DNA of 64,000 nt from Eledone cirrhosa (GCA_964016885.1 OZ024742.1:305350001-305414000); one strand, 5' to 3'; counted from the stretch's first letter, positions 1-13,600 are shown. Notes: generated by a model not told the origin, from the letters alone. Program-made: numbers and translations.

Positions 1-231
1 TGAGTGTTTATATGACCATATCTCTAATGGTTCCGCCGAAGCTGGAGCGTGCCAGTGAGTTCCTTTAATGTCCTTGCTGTTGTTACGGTTAAGGTGTTTC
101 TTATGGAGAAAAAAAAAGTTGTGGATATCTTTAATGGGTTGTCATCTATCATATATAACAGCTATTTACTTCACTGTTCTCTGGCTTTAGTTATTATCTT
201 ACCATATTTCATGCTTATATATATATATATT

Positions 232-567
<336 letters not shown>

Positions 568-570
<3 letters not shown>

Positions 571-716
571 CGGAGGAAATGTGGTAAGGAACCAGGTGGA
601 CCATAACGCACCAAAGTACTCAATACTTAGGGTAGTAGAGTGGGTAATAGGAACGAGTAGGACCCCGACGGCTGAACTTAAGCCGTTTCGACGGCTAATT
701 CCGGGGTCTACTCGTT

Positions 717-720
<4 letters not shown>
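568..720 (-). mobile_element. (TA)n-anchored fold-back element, copy 2 (inverted relative to copy 1)
   Basis: Reverse complement of the same tail, with its own palindrome at 648-720 (TAGGAACGAGTAGGACCCCG...CGGGGTCTACTCGTTCCTA). Confidence 0.7.
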
Positions 721-760
<40 letters not shown>

Positions 761-786
761 CATGTATGTTTGTATGTATATATGCA

Positions 787-836
787 TATGATGATGATGG
801 CTGCCCCCTCGTTATCGAGTATGGCCATTGCACGAG
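787..836 (-). mobile_element. 3' end fragment of the RTE-derived short element also seen at 34420-34750
   Basis: GATGATGGCTGCCCCCTCGTTATCGAGT is the reverse complement of ACTCGATAACGAGGGGGCAGCCATCAT at ~34722-34749; (CAT)n-type tail. Confidence 0.5.
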
Positions 837-1120
837 GAAAAAAAATATATATATATGCATATATATACATACATACATATATATATATACATATACACAT
901 ACACATACATACATACATATATATACATACGTACATGTATGTATGTATGTATGTATGTATGTATGTATGTATGTATGTATGTATGTATATAGACACGTCC
1001 ACATGTATATTTCGGTTGTCTCACTTATATTATTGTCTTAATATGTAATGTAATGATGTAGATATGTTTAATATATATATATCTATTTATATATATATAT
1101 ATATATTTATATATACATAA

Positions 1121-1159
<39 letters not shown>

Positions 1160-1555
1160 CACAGACACATATATATATGGCCTGGAAGGGAAAACTTGTA
1201 TACATGAGTGACTGCTAGTCTTCCAGAAAAACACCTTGCTTTGGCCTTGGGGGATTAATTTCTAGGTGCAAATCTCATGGCGATTTAAGATCGAGGTGTT
1301 CTTTAACCATCTATGTAACTATCTATCTCTATTATTCTCCCTTTCTGTATCTGTCTCTTTACACACACACACACACACACACGCACACACACACACTCAC
1401 ACACACACGCACGCGCACACACACACATATATATATACATATAAGTATGTGTATATATATATATAAGTATATGTATATAAGTGTGAAAGCAGCGATTCTT
1501 TGCTTAAACTTTAATCTGCTCTTATAATATATATATATATATATATGTGTGTGTG

Positions 1556-1587
<32 letters not shown>

Positions 1588-1754
1588 GGAATATAAATAT
1601 GTATATGCAAATATATATATGTATATGTATTTATATATATATTTATATATATATATATATGTATATATATGCAATATCGGGGAGCTTCCAACAGCAATGG
1701 TTGCATTTTTTAAGGGTATGTCAATATTTATTTATAAAACTGATCTATATTATA

Positions 1755-1812
1755 TTTTATCTGATGAAAGCACACCATAATTTAACTTGGTGTCCTTGAA
1801 ATATGTATAATG
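1755..1812 (+). ncRNA. Hammerhead-like motif (variant or degenerate) in a (TA)n-flanked ~230-bp element (1671-1900)
   Basis: TTTTAT-CTGATGA-AAGCACACCA(loop)TGGTGTCCTT-GAAA-TATG-T-ATAA. Stem II pairs 9/10. Stem I pairs only if there is no unpaired H17. Confidence 0.45.
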
Positions 1813-2170
1813 AAATAAATATGGTTTTATAAATATAGTTTCCATTTGTTAATATCGTATTTTTATTGTTGTATCCCATCAATTTAAATAGAACTTTTAC
1901 ATATATATATATATATATTTATTTAAATACACTGTGTATTTTTCTATTTAAACCCTCTTTCTCTCTAATACTTTTCCTCCCTCTTTCCTCGCTGTTTAAG
2001 TCTCTCTCCTCACGGTAACTCTCAGTGTCTTTCCCACTTATCTCACAACAGCCAATGCTTTCTCATTGCAGATTGCTATTGCTTGGCAAAATCTCTCAAA
2101 TTACTTAAAGTTTGAATATATATATATACACATATATATATATATAGACTCACACATCTTTCTTTCTCTC

Positions 2171-2266
<96 letters not shown>

Positions 2267-2789
2267 TGTAATAAACAACATAAGCTAATTATTTCATTTA
2301 CCATATATATATATGTATGTGTGTGTGTGTGTTTGCAAGCTTTGTACACCTGTGTAATACACACAATGTAATAGCTATGTAATTGAATATCAAATAGCTG
2401 ACCATATACAACATAAAACTTTGTATGATTGTCATACTTCATGAGTTCAAATTCCGCTCTAGTATTTTCTAACTTTCATATTGCCGGTGACATTAATATA
2501 TGTACACGTAATGTGTTGTGATCGATTATAAGTTCTCAGTCGCCAGGTTTTTTTCTCGCGTTACATTTGGCCTCGTGCCGAGTATAATCAAATCAATATA
2601 TTGTGTGTATAATGTGTATATTATATAGATTGTTGAACGTAGGAGGGTTGTGTATTTTCTCCTCGCTGTTTCCGATTGTTCTCCTTTGACAGACTGACAA
2701 ACATCCCGCATGTCACCTCGTTCTTTCCGTTTTCTTTTGTATTCTGCTCATTCAAGCTCACATTTCTTTAATTCAGAATTTACCCTCTA

Positions 2790-4655
2790 CTGTCACTAAC
2801 ACACTACTACCACCACCACCATCACCCCCGCCTCTGCCGACTCCAACAACGACACCAGCATGAATATCCCCTAGTAATATCAACAACGACACCATCAACA
2901 TCGACTTCTCCAGCACAATCACTACAATCACCACCACCACCACCACAACAACAACAACAACAAAGACCACCTTTACCAACACCATCACACCTAACACTAC
3001 TACCAGCATCATCACAACCACACTATTGCCACCTCCACCACCACCACCACCACCACCACAGCCAATACTATTACCACCATCAACAAAACCACTACAAACT
3101 TCAACGCACCGCCACTACCACCTGCATTACAACTATTACCACCTTCAACACCACCTATAGAACAATCACAAAAGAAAACACCACTAACACTCCCACCTGA
3201 AACACAGTCACCACTAATACCACCATCCCCACTAACACAGCCACGACCACACCAATAATAACAACCTTGACACCACCAGTACCATCACCACAAACAACAA
3301 CATCAACATTACCACCACCAACATCAATATTACACATAACACCAACAATTCCACCACCACAACAACACCATCACCATCACCACCACCACCACTACTAGCA
3401 CCACTACCATCACCACCACCACTACCATCACCACCACCATTACCAGCACCACTACCATCACCACCACCACCACTACCAGCACCACTACCATCACCACCAC
3501 CATCACCATCACCACTACCATCACCACCACCATTACCAGCACCACTACCATCACCACCACCATTACCATCACCACTACCATCACCACCACCATTACCAGC
3601 ACCACTACCATCACCACCACCACCACTACCAGCACCACTACCATCACCACCACCATCACCATCACCACTACCATCACCACCACCATTACCAGCACCACCA
3701 CCATTACCATCACCACTACCATCACCACCACCATTACCATCACCACTACCATCACCACCACCATTACCAGCACCACCACCATTACCATCACCACTACCAT
3801 CACCATTACCAGCACCACTACCATCACCACCACCATTAGCAGCACCACTACCATCACCACCACCATTACCACCACCACTACCATCACCACCACCATCACC
3901 ATTACCAGCACCGCTACCATCACCAGCACCACCACCATCACCACTACCATCACCACTACCATCACCACCACCATTACCAACACCACTACCATCACCACCA
4001 CCATTACCATCACCACTACCATCACCACCACCACTACCATCACCATCACCACCACCATTACCAACACCACTACCATCACCACCACCATTACCATCACCAC
4101 TACCATCACCACTACCATCACCACCATCATCACCACTACCATCACCACCACCATCACCACCACCACTACCATCACCACCACCATTACCAGCACCACCATC
4201 AACAACACAAACAACGTTACCCGCACAACACCTCCAACACCTCCAACACCAGCATGACCACAACAACCAAAATCAATATAATCACCAACACCAACATTAC
4301 CAGCAACATCAACATCAATAACAACAATAATACCAATAGCAACAACATCAGTTACGACCACCAACACCAGCATTAACGTCACCACCACCATCACCAATAT
4401 CAATATTACAACCACCACCACCGCCATCAACATCAACAACAACATTACCACCATGACTTGCACCACAACTAACCCCACAGCCACTAGAAACACCCTTGCC
4501 AATATAGTCTCTTCCATAACTGGGAGCACCTCTACCACCACCAACAGTGTGATCCACCTTTCTTCCACCACCACCACCACCAATAACACTACCACCACCA
4601 CCACCACCACCACCACCATCACCACCACCACCACCACCACCACCACCACCATCTT
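2790..4655. repeat. (CAC)n-derived low-complexity tract with an internal in-phase minisatellite (~3370-4200)
   Basis: Reiterated ACCACTACCATCACCACCACCATTACCAGC-type units; source of the poly-G/V and poly-T/P ORFs. Confidence 0.9.
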
Positions 4656-4664
4656 ATGATATGA

Positions 4665-4832
4665 TTTCTAGAAATAGCTGCCACACTTCCTTAAATGACA
4701 ACCCTGCTAGCTTGAAAAAGGAAAGACATTATGTATTATAGTCCTAATTCTTGGAAAAGTCTGCCTGATAACGGCTGGAACTCCTTTGAACATGGATCTG
4801 TTCTACCAAGTCCGACCTGGGGCTAAACAACC
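4665..4832 (+). mobile_element. Dispersed repeat family ending ...GACCTGGGGCTAAACAAC (SINE-like)
   Basis: Related degenerate copies at ~25195-25570, ~28800-28845 (-), ~33110-33260 (-) and ~34015-34220 share the CTAGAAATAGCAGCCAAATC...CCCTAC and GGCTGGAATGCCTTTGATCATAG-like blocks. Confidence 0.5.
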
Positions 4833-5515
4833 CCCGAGATAACAGTAAAGTCGTTATCACCGCTATTGTAATTATTACCTTCTCTTCTCTCCATTCAATA
4901 TCAATAACATTAACGTGACAACCATATGACTCTCGGCTACTACCTTCACCACCTCCACTGCACTACGTATTACATCAGCGACACTATGACTACACAATAC
5001 CAACAGTATAGCAAAGGGAAAATACCCCTGGGAGTACTTTCTTTTTTTTTTCTACTATTAAATGAAGGAGGGAAAGGCAGTACCTATGACAATTTCCAGG
5101 GTCTCAGAATCTGGTGTGCGATGCAGAAGGATATCCCCAAAGGTGGAAACATGGCCTAAGAGTTGATAAAAGGTTATTTTTTTTTTTGTGGTGTTAAACT
5201 GACTACATACTAAATACTAATACGGTAGGTTACACCTATACTATTATATAGAAACGTTGAAAAAATGTCATTAACAGTGATTGTTATGCAACTGGTAGTC
5301 AGATATCCTCCTAGGGTGTAAGGGTGTATGTAATGTAAAATCAAGGAACCATGGAAATAACTCTTATATAATCAATGAACCGAAATTTTAGAAAAAATAC
5401 AAACTCTACCATGGGTGTGGCTCTGCTTCTTAACTCAACTGGTGAAAGAAACAAATATATACCGGCCTTATCGCATCGGCGAAATATTCTACTGAGTTGG
5501 CAAACCTAGGAGTGT

Positions 5516-5664
<149 letters not shown>

Positions 5665-5717
5665 TTTTATAAATATAGTTTCCATTTGTTAATATCGTAT
5701 ATATATATATATATATA

Positions 5718-6827
5718 TCTGTATGGCTGATAGATTAGTCATCGGGGAGTGTTTTCTATACATCACCGTATCGTTTTTTTTTTATTCCGGGGTCATTCTG
5801 AAGATAAAAATCGATAAGAGGGGGGGGGGGGGGGAGTCACCTTTTTTTAGGTATTGAAAAATAACATTTTTGGCTCTAGCTCCCACATTTTGCCACCGAT
5901 TTCGTTCAAATTCTAAAGCAAAATAGAATTTATCATTGCACATCCTGTATTGGCTTTATATTTTGCATTTGTTGTTCAGGAACGGAGTGGCAACCGCTTA
6001 AATATTCAAAAATATCACTTTTAGACTCAAATTTCCACTTTTACGGCTGTAGCTCCCACATTAATCAACCTACTTTGTTCAAATTTTACACTACGCTAGA
6101 TCTGATTATTTTACGTCTTAAAGTGGCTTTACATTTTGGATTTTTTGTTCAGGAACAGCGTGGCAGCCGCTTCAATATTCGAAAATACCACATTTTCGCT
6201 CAAATTTCCCCCCTTTCGGCTCTAGCTCCCACATTTTTCAACCGATTTCGTTCAAATTCGAAACTTCGGCTCCACCTCACACATAAATCATTTTATTTCG
6301 TTCAACTTTTATACTACGATAGAACCTATCATTGCACATCTTATAGTAGCTTTACACTTTGCATTTTTTGTTCAGGGACAGCGACCTATCATTAGCTCCC
6401 ACATTTTCCCACCGATTTCGTTCAAATTCGAAACTTCGGCTCCATCTCACACATAAATCAATTTATTTGGTTCAACTTTTATACTACGATAGAACTTATC
6501 ATTGCACATCTTATAGATGGTCAAAGGCAAAACGATGGCCACTGACGTCGTCTGAGCTTTTAGTTGTGTATTTGAGAATTCATCGGTTTCCAATCAAGTA
6601 GTGTGAGGAAATTTGGCTTAGTGTTAGAGGTCATTACCTCCCTCCCCCAGCATGCCCCTTCGTCAGTCACCCGCGTTTCTCAGTGATAGAGGTCATCACC
6701 ACCCTCCCCCGCATGGCCTGTGTATGGCCATAGCTGAGTCATCGAGAAGCAGTCGCTAAGATCAACACCTTTTCATCAAAGCAGATATTATTTTACCTAC
6801 CCAGGCAACGCTCGGTACTGCTGCTAG
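5718..6827 (+). mobile_element. Non-autonomous Helitron with internal ~172-bp tandem repeats
   Basis: 5' TC follows an A. The 3' end is ACCCAGGCAACGCTCGGT (degenerate hairpin) plus CTAG at 6824-6827, followed by T (A|T insertion). Repeat units TAGCTCCCACATTTT...CCGATTTCGTTCAAATT start at ~5877, 6049, 6222 and 6393. Confidence 0.7.
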
Positions 6828-6884
6828 TATATATACCTACATCCACCCTAGTTCTACTGCCAGCATCCATTACAGGGAACGTAC

Positions 6885-7545
6885 GATCACCACGCTTACA
6901 ACAAACACCACTAACACCATCACCGTCACAGCAACCACCATTAGCACTATCACTATAACACCACTAAGGCTACCACCACCACAGCAGACACCAATATCAC
7001 CACCACTCTCGGAACCACCACCACCACCACCACCACCATTACCAATACCATCATAGTTACTTCAATCACAGCTACCACTATCAACAACACCAAAACCACA
7101 ACTGCCACAGAATATACCACTGATACTACCACCATCAGAACAACAACCACTAGCACCCTGATCAACACCACTACTAACACCTACACCCTCATCACACTAC
7201 TGTTATTCTCCCTGCCCTCATAAGTACTACTGAGCCTCTAACAATATTACTGTCACAGCAACCACTAACAAAACAACCACCTTAACGCTAATACCATCAC
7301 ATCATGGTCCACTACCATCACTACCAATATTGTCACCATCACACACTCAACTACCACATTCACCACCACAACCCTCACAGCAAACACCACTAGCACCACT
7401 ACCAACGTTACCAGCATTAGAGGAACCACCACTAGCACCAAAACCGTCACAGCAACTACCACCATCACTAGCAACACGTCAACCTCCATCACTACCACCA
7501 CCACAACCACCAGTACCACAATCACCACCACTAATAGCAACAACC
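6885..7545. repeat. Degenerate (CAC/CAA)n low-complexity tract
   Basis: ACCACC/ACTACC-rich, with no splice signals noted. Confidence 0.8.
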
Positions 7546-8089
7546 GCTATGTATTTATCTGTAGACATGGTGTGTGTGTGTGTGTGTGTTTGCATATGCG
7601 AATGTATAGACACTGGTAAATGATGAACATTTGGACACAGCTGATACTGTAGAGTGAAAATATTTAAAGCGTTATATGATGTCATGGCAAATCTATATAT
7701 ATATCTACAACTATATATATATATATATATATATTGGGGAGGGGGGGAATTTGGACAATTTAGTTGTAGTGGTTATTTTAGTTCATTGCACTTTAAAATG
7801 GTTAGAAAACTTCGGTATACGATAAACATAATATGTTCATAAATTGTAGCGCATATCCAAATAGATGTGTGTTTTGGTGGTTTGGGGAGAACATATAAAT
7901 ATTGGAGGGGGGGGTGCTTCTTTTCCTCCCAGTTCGACTGCCACTGTATATATATATAACTAAAAACAAATTATACTCTGTGCCCTTACTTAAACTCTCC
8001 TCCTCTCAAAAGCCTGTCTCTATCAATCCTCTCACTGTATCCATTACCGCCAAGCTTCCCCCTCGTTACAACAATCATACAACATACTT

Positions 8090-8560
8090 TCCCAATTGCC
8101 CTCTCTATACATATACTACATGGAACTCTCTTCCATTCCCCCTCTCTATATCAATTAGCACTAGCACCAAACTCTTCCCCTCTCTATATCTACTACACAG
8201 AACTCTCTCCCTATCCCCTCTCTATATCAATTACTGCCAAACTATCCCTCTCTATATATCTACCATACAACACTCTCTCATTCCCTCTCACTCTATTCAT
8301 CACTACCAAATACCCCTCTCTATATCTATCAATACCCATCTCTATCAATCGTAGCACTCTATTCTTTACCACCAAACTCTCCCCCTCTCTATATCTACTA
8401 CACGGAACTCTCTTCAAATTCCTCTCTCTATACCAATAAACATCAATCTCTCCCCCTCTCTATATCTAATATACAACACACTCTCCCAACCTTCCTCTCT
8501 ATATCAATTACAATCAATCTCTCCTCCTCTCTATATCTATATCTATCTATCCTCTCTATC
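8090..8560. repeat. Degenerate minisatellite with a CCCTCTCTATAT core
   Basis: Core recurs roughly every 30-40 bp. The tract lies between ~60-bp direct repeats (AATAGATGTGTGTTTTGGT at ~7860 and ~8598). Confidence 0.65.
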
Positions 8561-8707
8561 TCTACATAACATGTACATTAATTTTAGCACATATACGAAT
8601 AGATGTGTGTTTTGGTAGTTTTGGAGAAAAATATAGTTATTGAGGAGGCCATGACCCCCTGCGCTACACCCCACCATCAGTTCCACCCCACTGAGGATAT
8701 TAATAAT

Positions 8708-8925
8708 GGTTTCTTATATAGGCACAAGGCTCGCAATTTTGGGGGGAATGGGAAAGTCGATTAAATCGGCCCAGTGTGTGACTGGTACTTTATTTTATCG
8801 ACCCCGTAAGGATGAAAGGCAAAGGTAACCTCGGCGGGATTTGAACTCAGATCATAAAGGGCCGTAACTCTATGCTGCAAAGCATGGTGTCTGACGCTCT
8901 ACCGATACTGCCAATCTACTGCTCT
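8708..8925 (-). mobile_element. tRNA-derived SINE (octopus-type family A) with 18-bp target site duplication
   Basis: A box TGGCAGTATCGG and B box GAGTTCAAATCCC on the - strand; body CTTTCATCCTTACGGGGTCGATAAAATAAAGTACCAG; TSD ACTGAGGATATTAATAAT at 8690-8707 and 8926-8943. Confidence 0.9.
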
Positions 8926-8954
8926 ACTGAGGATATTAATAATAATAAGGATTT

Positions 8955-9420
8955 TTTTATTAACCACACAGATCACACATTAAGAACACATTAAATGCTG
9001 CACAGGACGATACAGTGTGGGTTTTATGTGTAAAATACAATATATAACATACACTAAGAAAATAAACATTTGAAAAAAAATTGAAACACACCAAATTCCC
9101 CAAAAGTCTGGAGACTTCGTGTCACACGTGGAGAAATACCTCAAAGATCCACGGTCACCCTGTCCACCAGGGTAAGTGCCCCCTACCAGTTGTTATCCTC
9201 CAATCTACAGATGTATACTGAAGGCAAACCCATTCATACGGACCAGGCTCTGCACTCTTACTTACCTTTCAACAAACTGGATGGAAGGCAGAATTTCCTT
9301 CTCCAGTTTGATTTTCCTCTTTAAGTGAAACCTGAAAAAGTTAATCAGGTCTTCGCCGAAGATAAAAGTGTTTGTCTTCAACACTTTCAAACGTGTCCAT
9401 CACACGACCTTTTTCGAACA
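8955..9420 (-). mobile_element. Degenerate 3' end of an L1/Tx1-like LINE
   Basis: - strand reads KKVV*WTRLKVLKTNTFIFGEDLINFFRFHLKRKIKLEKEILPSIQFVER*VRV (Tx1-type C-terminus with stops), then a 3' UTR ending in an A-rich tail. Confidence 0.6.
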
Positions 9421-9421
9421 A

Positions 9422-9714
9422 AGTATCAAGATAGCATCATTATGTTTATTCACACGTGACGCGCGTTTCTTGCGATCGATTAGCTCAATATACGATCAGT
9501 GTCGATCGCAACCGATTCTGAAATCGATAGCTCGTCAGACTTGTTAATTTCAGAAATCTACATGTAGACATCTACATTCATTAAGAAATCCACAAGTCTG
9601 ATTAACTATCGATGCCTGAGTCGAGCTGATCAATACCGGTGGTAGCACCTTGAGCTGATCGATCACGAAACGGGCGTTACATGTGAATTAATATATTCAT
9701 GTTATATTGATACT
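9422..9714. mobile_element. Old ~290-bp fully palindromic MITE-like element
   Basis: AGTATCAAGATAGCATCATTATGTTTATTCACACGTGACGCGCGTTTC aligns to the reverse complement of the right end (AGTATCAATATAACATGAATATATTAATTCACATGTAACGCCCGTTTC); similarity continues to the centre (TCAGACTTGT/ACAAGTCTGA). Confidence 0.7.
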
Positions 9715-9970
9715 GCTTTCCTGCTCCTTATTATTATTAATATTGTTGTTGTTGTTAACACTCCGCTTGTAAAGATACTGACTACGGTGTAATACCAAAC
9801 GTGGAATAGCACATCGGTAATCGGACCCATATTAGCATTAAGGGCTGAAACTGGTGAACCATAAGTAACTAAACATAATACACCAATAAACTATATATGT
9901 ATTTTGGTAGAAGATTGGTGGGTTATATCCGCAACGGTAGAGCACCCAGTCCATGGGATGAGTTTGGTAG

Positions 9971-10065
9971 AAGTAGTTCCACAACAGTTAATTCACCATT
10001 TTCGAGAACAATATGTTTCACCTCACACGGATCATCAGCTCGGCGAATTAGCTCTTGTGGAACTA

Positions 10066-10068
<3 letters not shown>
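9971..10068 (-). ncRNA. Type I hammerhead ribozyme with extended stem I
   Basis: - strand: AAGUAGUUCCACAAGAGCUAAUUCGC-CGAG-CUGAUGA-UCC-GUGUGA-GGU-GAAA-CA-UAU-UG-UU^CUCG-AAAAUG-GUGAAUUAACUGUUGUGGAACUACUU. Intact core, stem III, 4-bp stem I, 6-nt bulge and a 26-bp extension. Confidence 0.75.
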
Positions 10069-10148
<80 letters not shown>

Positions 10149-10243
10149 TTATATATATGTATATACATATATATATATATATATATATGTATTTATATAT
10201 ATGTATATACATATAAATATACATACAATCTACATCCATTACA

Positions 10244-10295
<52 letters not shown>

Positions 10296-10297
<2 letters not shown>

Positions 10298-10480
10298 GAG
10301 TGTCCCCGCCAAAATGTATACACACTTTAATTAACTGTACAGGAAATATTTATTAGAATGCACAGTCTTTCCCAAATATAAAAGGATATACAAACATAAT
10401 TTAATTGTATGTAAACTCCCAAATATGTTTACATAATTTAAATAACACATTTTCTTTTACTGTTGAAGTGTGTATACATA
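10296..10480. mobile_element. Tc1/mariner-type MITE remnant (TIR CAGGGTGTCC...ATGTATACACAC family)
   Basis: Left end CAGAGTGTCCCCGCCAAAATGTATACACAC; right end GTGTGTATACAT. Shares ATATTTATTAGAATGCACAG with 15853-15955. Confidence 0.55.
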
Positions 10481-11361
10481 TATATATAAATATATATATA
10501 TATATTATTATAAATCTGTCTTACGTTTGAATATTTTTCGTGGTTGTGACGGTGTCTGTGTATGTGATCGTGTGTATGCATGTGCGCGTATGTCGTGGGT
10601 TGGGGGGAACAACGTCATAATGTATTCCACACGATTGCTTTAAATTGCATTTATCTCTCCGTGCGTACATATATGCGTGTAGAATGCATATAAAAATATA
10701 TAAGCAAGTGTGTAGATGCACCAAATCATCTCTAAAGAAAGATAGAAAATATAATTATATGATATATCTGGATAGCACTTGAAAGTATGCGTGTATGTGA
10801 GAAAAGATGGGGGATAGAGATAGAGAGAATACAGGTAGCATTCTAGAACATTACTGCGGTGTATGAGTTTATAATTGTGTGTATATATGTGTATGTGTGC
10901 GTGAGAGTGTATGAGTGTGTTTGGATTGTTCTGTATGGATTGGCTCCAGCAATTAACGTATTAGTTAATAGGTGTGATAAATTTTGCTGGCAGTGTCATG
11001 TGTAAGAGAGAACAATTGCATCACACATTGTGTTGAAATGCACTCGTTGTCTATCTGTTGCCAAGGGGACCATTATATCAATGTCTCCTTTCAGAGACAT
11101 TGATACTAATTAAACCGTTCTGAGAATACAGGCAGATCAAAGCTTTATAACTTTTATGCAGCGGTCACATTTAATTTATCATGCTTTAAAACTACAATGT
11201 TTTAAAAAAATATACATACAATCTACATCCATTGGTCACAGAAATATACAATGGATCATATATGAATGGTCGATATGTATTTATCCCATTTTTTTGTTAT
11301 ATATGTTTGAATGCATTTCTCTCTCTCCTCTATCTCTCTCCTCTTTCTCTCTCCTCTTTCC

Positions 11362-11517
<156 letters not shown>

Positions 11518-11609
11518 AATCCATCAATAAATGACCTCCAGCCATCCCAATCCCCACCCTCTCCTACCACCAAAATAGGCATAAATACCACCATATTACT
11601 TGGACAGTC

Positions 11610-11650
11610 GGCTTCCTGATGATTTCACCCGAATGAAACAGTTCTAGTCC
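11610..11650 (+). ncRNA. Hammerhead core-like motif, stem I not formed (degenerate)
   Basis: CTGATGA-TTTC-ACCC-GAAT-GAAA-CAGTTCTAGTC inside a ~155-bp segment between (TA)n tracts. Confidence 0.35.
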
Positions 11651-12674
11651 TGTAGAACCCATTTCTATATTAAATATATATATATATACAGTATAGATAG
11701 ATAGATAAATAGATAGATAGATAGATATGTGGTGTATATATTCCGTATCTTCTTTGCCGTTTCCAGCTTGTGTGATATGGTCATGCTGGTGTGTCTTTTT
11801 AATTGTTGCTACACTATTAATAGACTTGATTCCTTAGCTTCTGAAAAATGGAGGGTGGGGGTGATACTTTTGCCCTCATTTGTCATGAAGGCTTACGCTC
11901 ATCTGGGATCTTAAAAATATATATTTGTTTGTGATTCTACCTCTGTATATGAGTGGTGATTCTATCTCTGTATATGACTGGTCGTACGCAAACCTGAAAT
12001 CACATATATGCAAGACTACATATGTATATAATAATGTTGAATCTAACAGAATTCATGTTAATTATGTTCTGTTAAACACTTTCAAAGAATGACCACCATA
12101 TTTCACCATTTATCATCGCTTATATTATGCGAAATTGTGATTGGTGCAGAAATCCAAGAATTTGATGAATGACGAAAAGTTTCTGTTTGCTTACTTTGCA
12201 ATGTTTCAATTTTCGTGTTTAGACATATTTCGTTTGCTTTGCTATTTCTCTTAAAAAAGGCATGAACATCATATTACTCAATCCTTCACTATCTCCCCTG
12301 CTGATCAGTGTAGTACTTGGAGAAGACTGTAATATATGTGTAATATAAGCCCACAGAACGGGTAATGGTTCCAGGCCAATTGTTAAATTTAGCCCAGAAA
12401 CCTGGCAATAGGCCCAGACCAGATGTCGAATGTAGACCCACAAAGCTTCAAATAGACTCAAACTAAATGTGAAATGTAGGCCCACAGAGTTTGTCAGATG
12501 GAAATTTTAGGTCCAGAAACCTGCTAATAGGCCCAATCTCGATGTGAAATCTGCATCAGCATAAAAGAAATTACACCGATTTTGCAATTGGAAACGTTGG
12601 TTTGATGGTACAAACACACCTCCTTTCTCTACCTACCTGCTAGCTGGGAATTCCATTCCAAGAACGAAGAAGAA

Positions 12675-13600
12675 ATTGTATTCATAAACTTCAAGAAGGT
12701 TTTCGATTCGACCAACCGAAAGTTGATGCTCAAAATTTGTGCATATGGGATTGCTCATCAGATTGTGAGTGTAATGACGCTCGAAGAAAGCGCTGACTTA
12801 TTCTTCATCGATACCGTAGTTCCCCAGGGTTCCATTCCTTTTTCTTATCTGCCTTGATTATGCATTGCTTAATATCATTATATTATCTGACGTGATAACA
12901 CTGAAAAGTAGTCAAAATACCAGACATTCGTAGAAGTTCCTTCCGGAACTGGTTAATGGAGATGACATAGCTCTCTTACAAAACATCATCTAAGGAGCTA
13001 AGAACGTAGTACACACATTTGCCACTGCAGCGCAGTCAATTGAACTTCTGAATGCTGACAAAACAAAATTCATGCATCTCAATGCAACATCAAATGACTA
13101 AATGCATGCGTTAAATGGCTTCGAGATAAAAGAAGTAGATGACTTCTTATAGCCTGCAGGTTCTATGAACATAGAACACGATGTGAACACCCGAATAAGC
13201 AAGACGTGGAGGTGGGACTATTTACTCTATATAGAAGGTCTGGTTATCTCCTAAAAAAAAAAGAAAATGAGGCTATTTAAAGCAACGGTTGAATCTATTC
13301 TTCTCTACGGATGTGAGTCATAAACATTAACAAAAAACTTACACAAAGACGTTCAATGGTACATACACACTAATGCTGAGAAAGATCCAGAGCATCTCCT
13401 GAAAAGAACATATAGCAAATACATTGCACTACAGTTCACATTCTTGCTTTTTTGATATCATAACGCGACGGTAGCTTGCATTATCTGGACATGTGAATCG
13501 TCACAATGAACCTGCTGGTAGATTTCCTCTCAAAAATCGGATATATACAGACGAGTTGGGAGACCAAACATCTCACTGAAGTCTGTTCTTGAAGATGAGA
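12675..13600 (+). pseudogene. Degenerate RTE-clade LINE reverse transcriptase remnant
   Basis: Motifs across frames: VFINFKKVFDS, AYGI, GDDIALL (YADD site), NADKTKFM, EVDDFL, LFKATVESILLYGCES*TLT, GTYTLMLR, LSGHVNR; many stops and frameshifts. Confidence 0.85.

Noticed and set aside
3232-4652. 344-aa Gly-rich and 440-aa Val/Met-rich ORFs
   Set aside because: Products of a (CAC)n-derived repeat that is open in several frames at once; no splice signals or non-repetitive domain. A mucin- or extensin-like exon cannot be fully excluded without RNA data.
11855-11912. Further hammerhead-like traces (also ~5120-5160 and ~9815-9860)
   Set aside because: Two or more core positions are mutated in each, so they are indistinguishable from chance without a family consensus.
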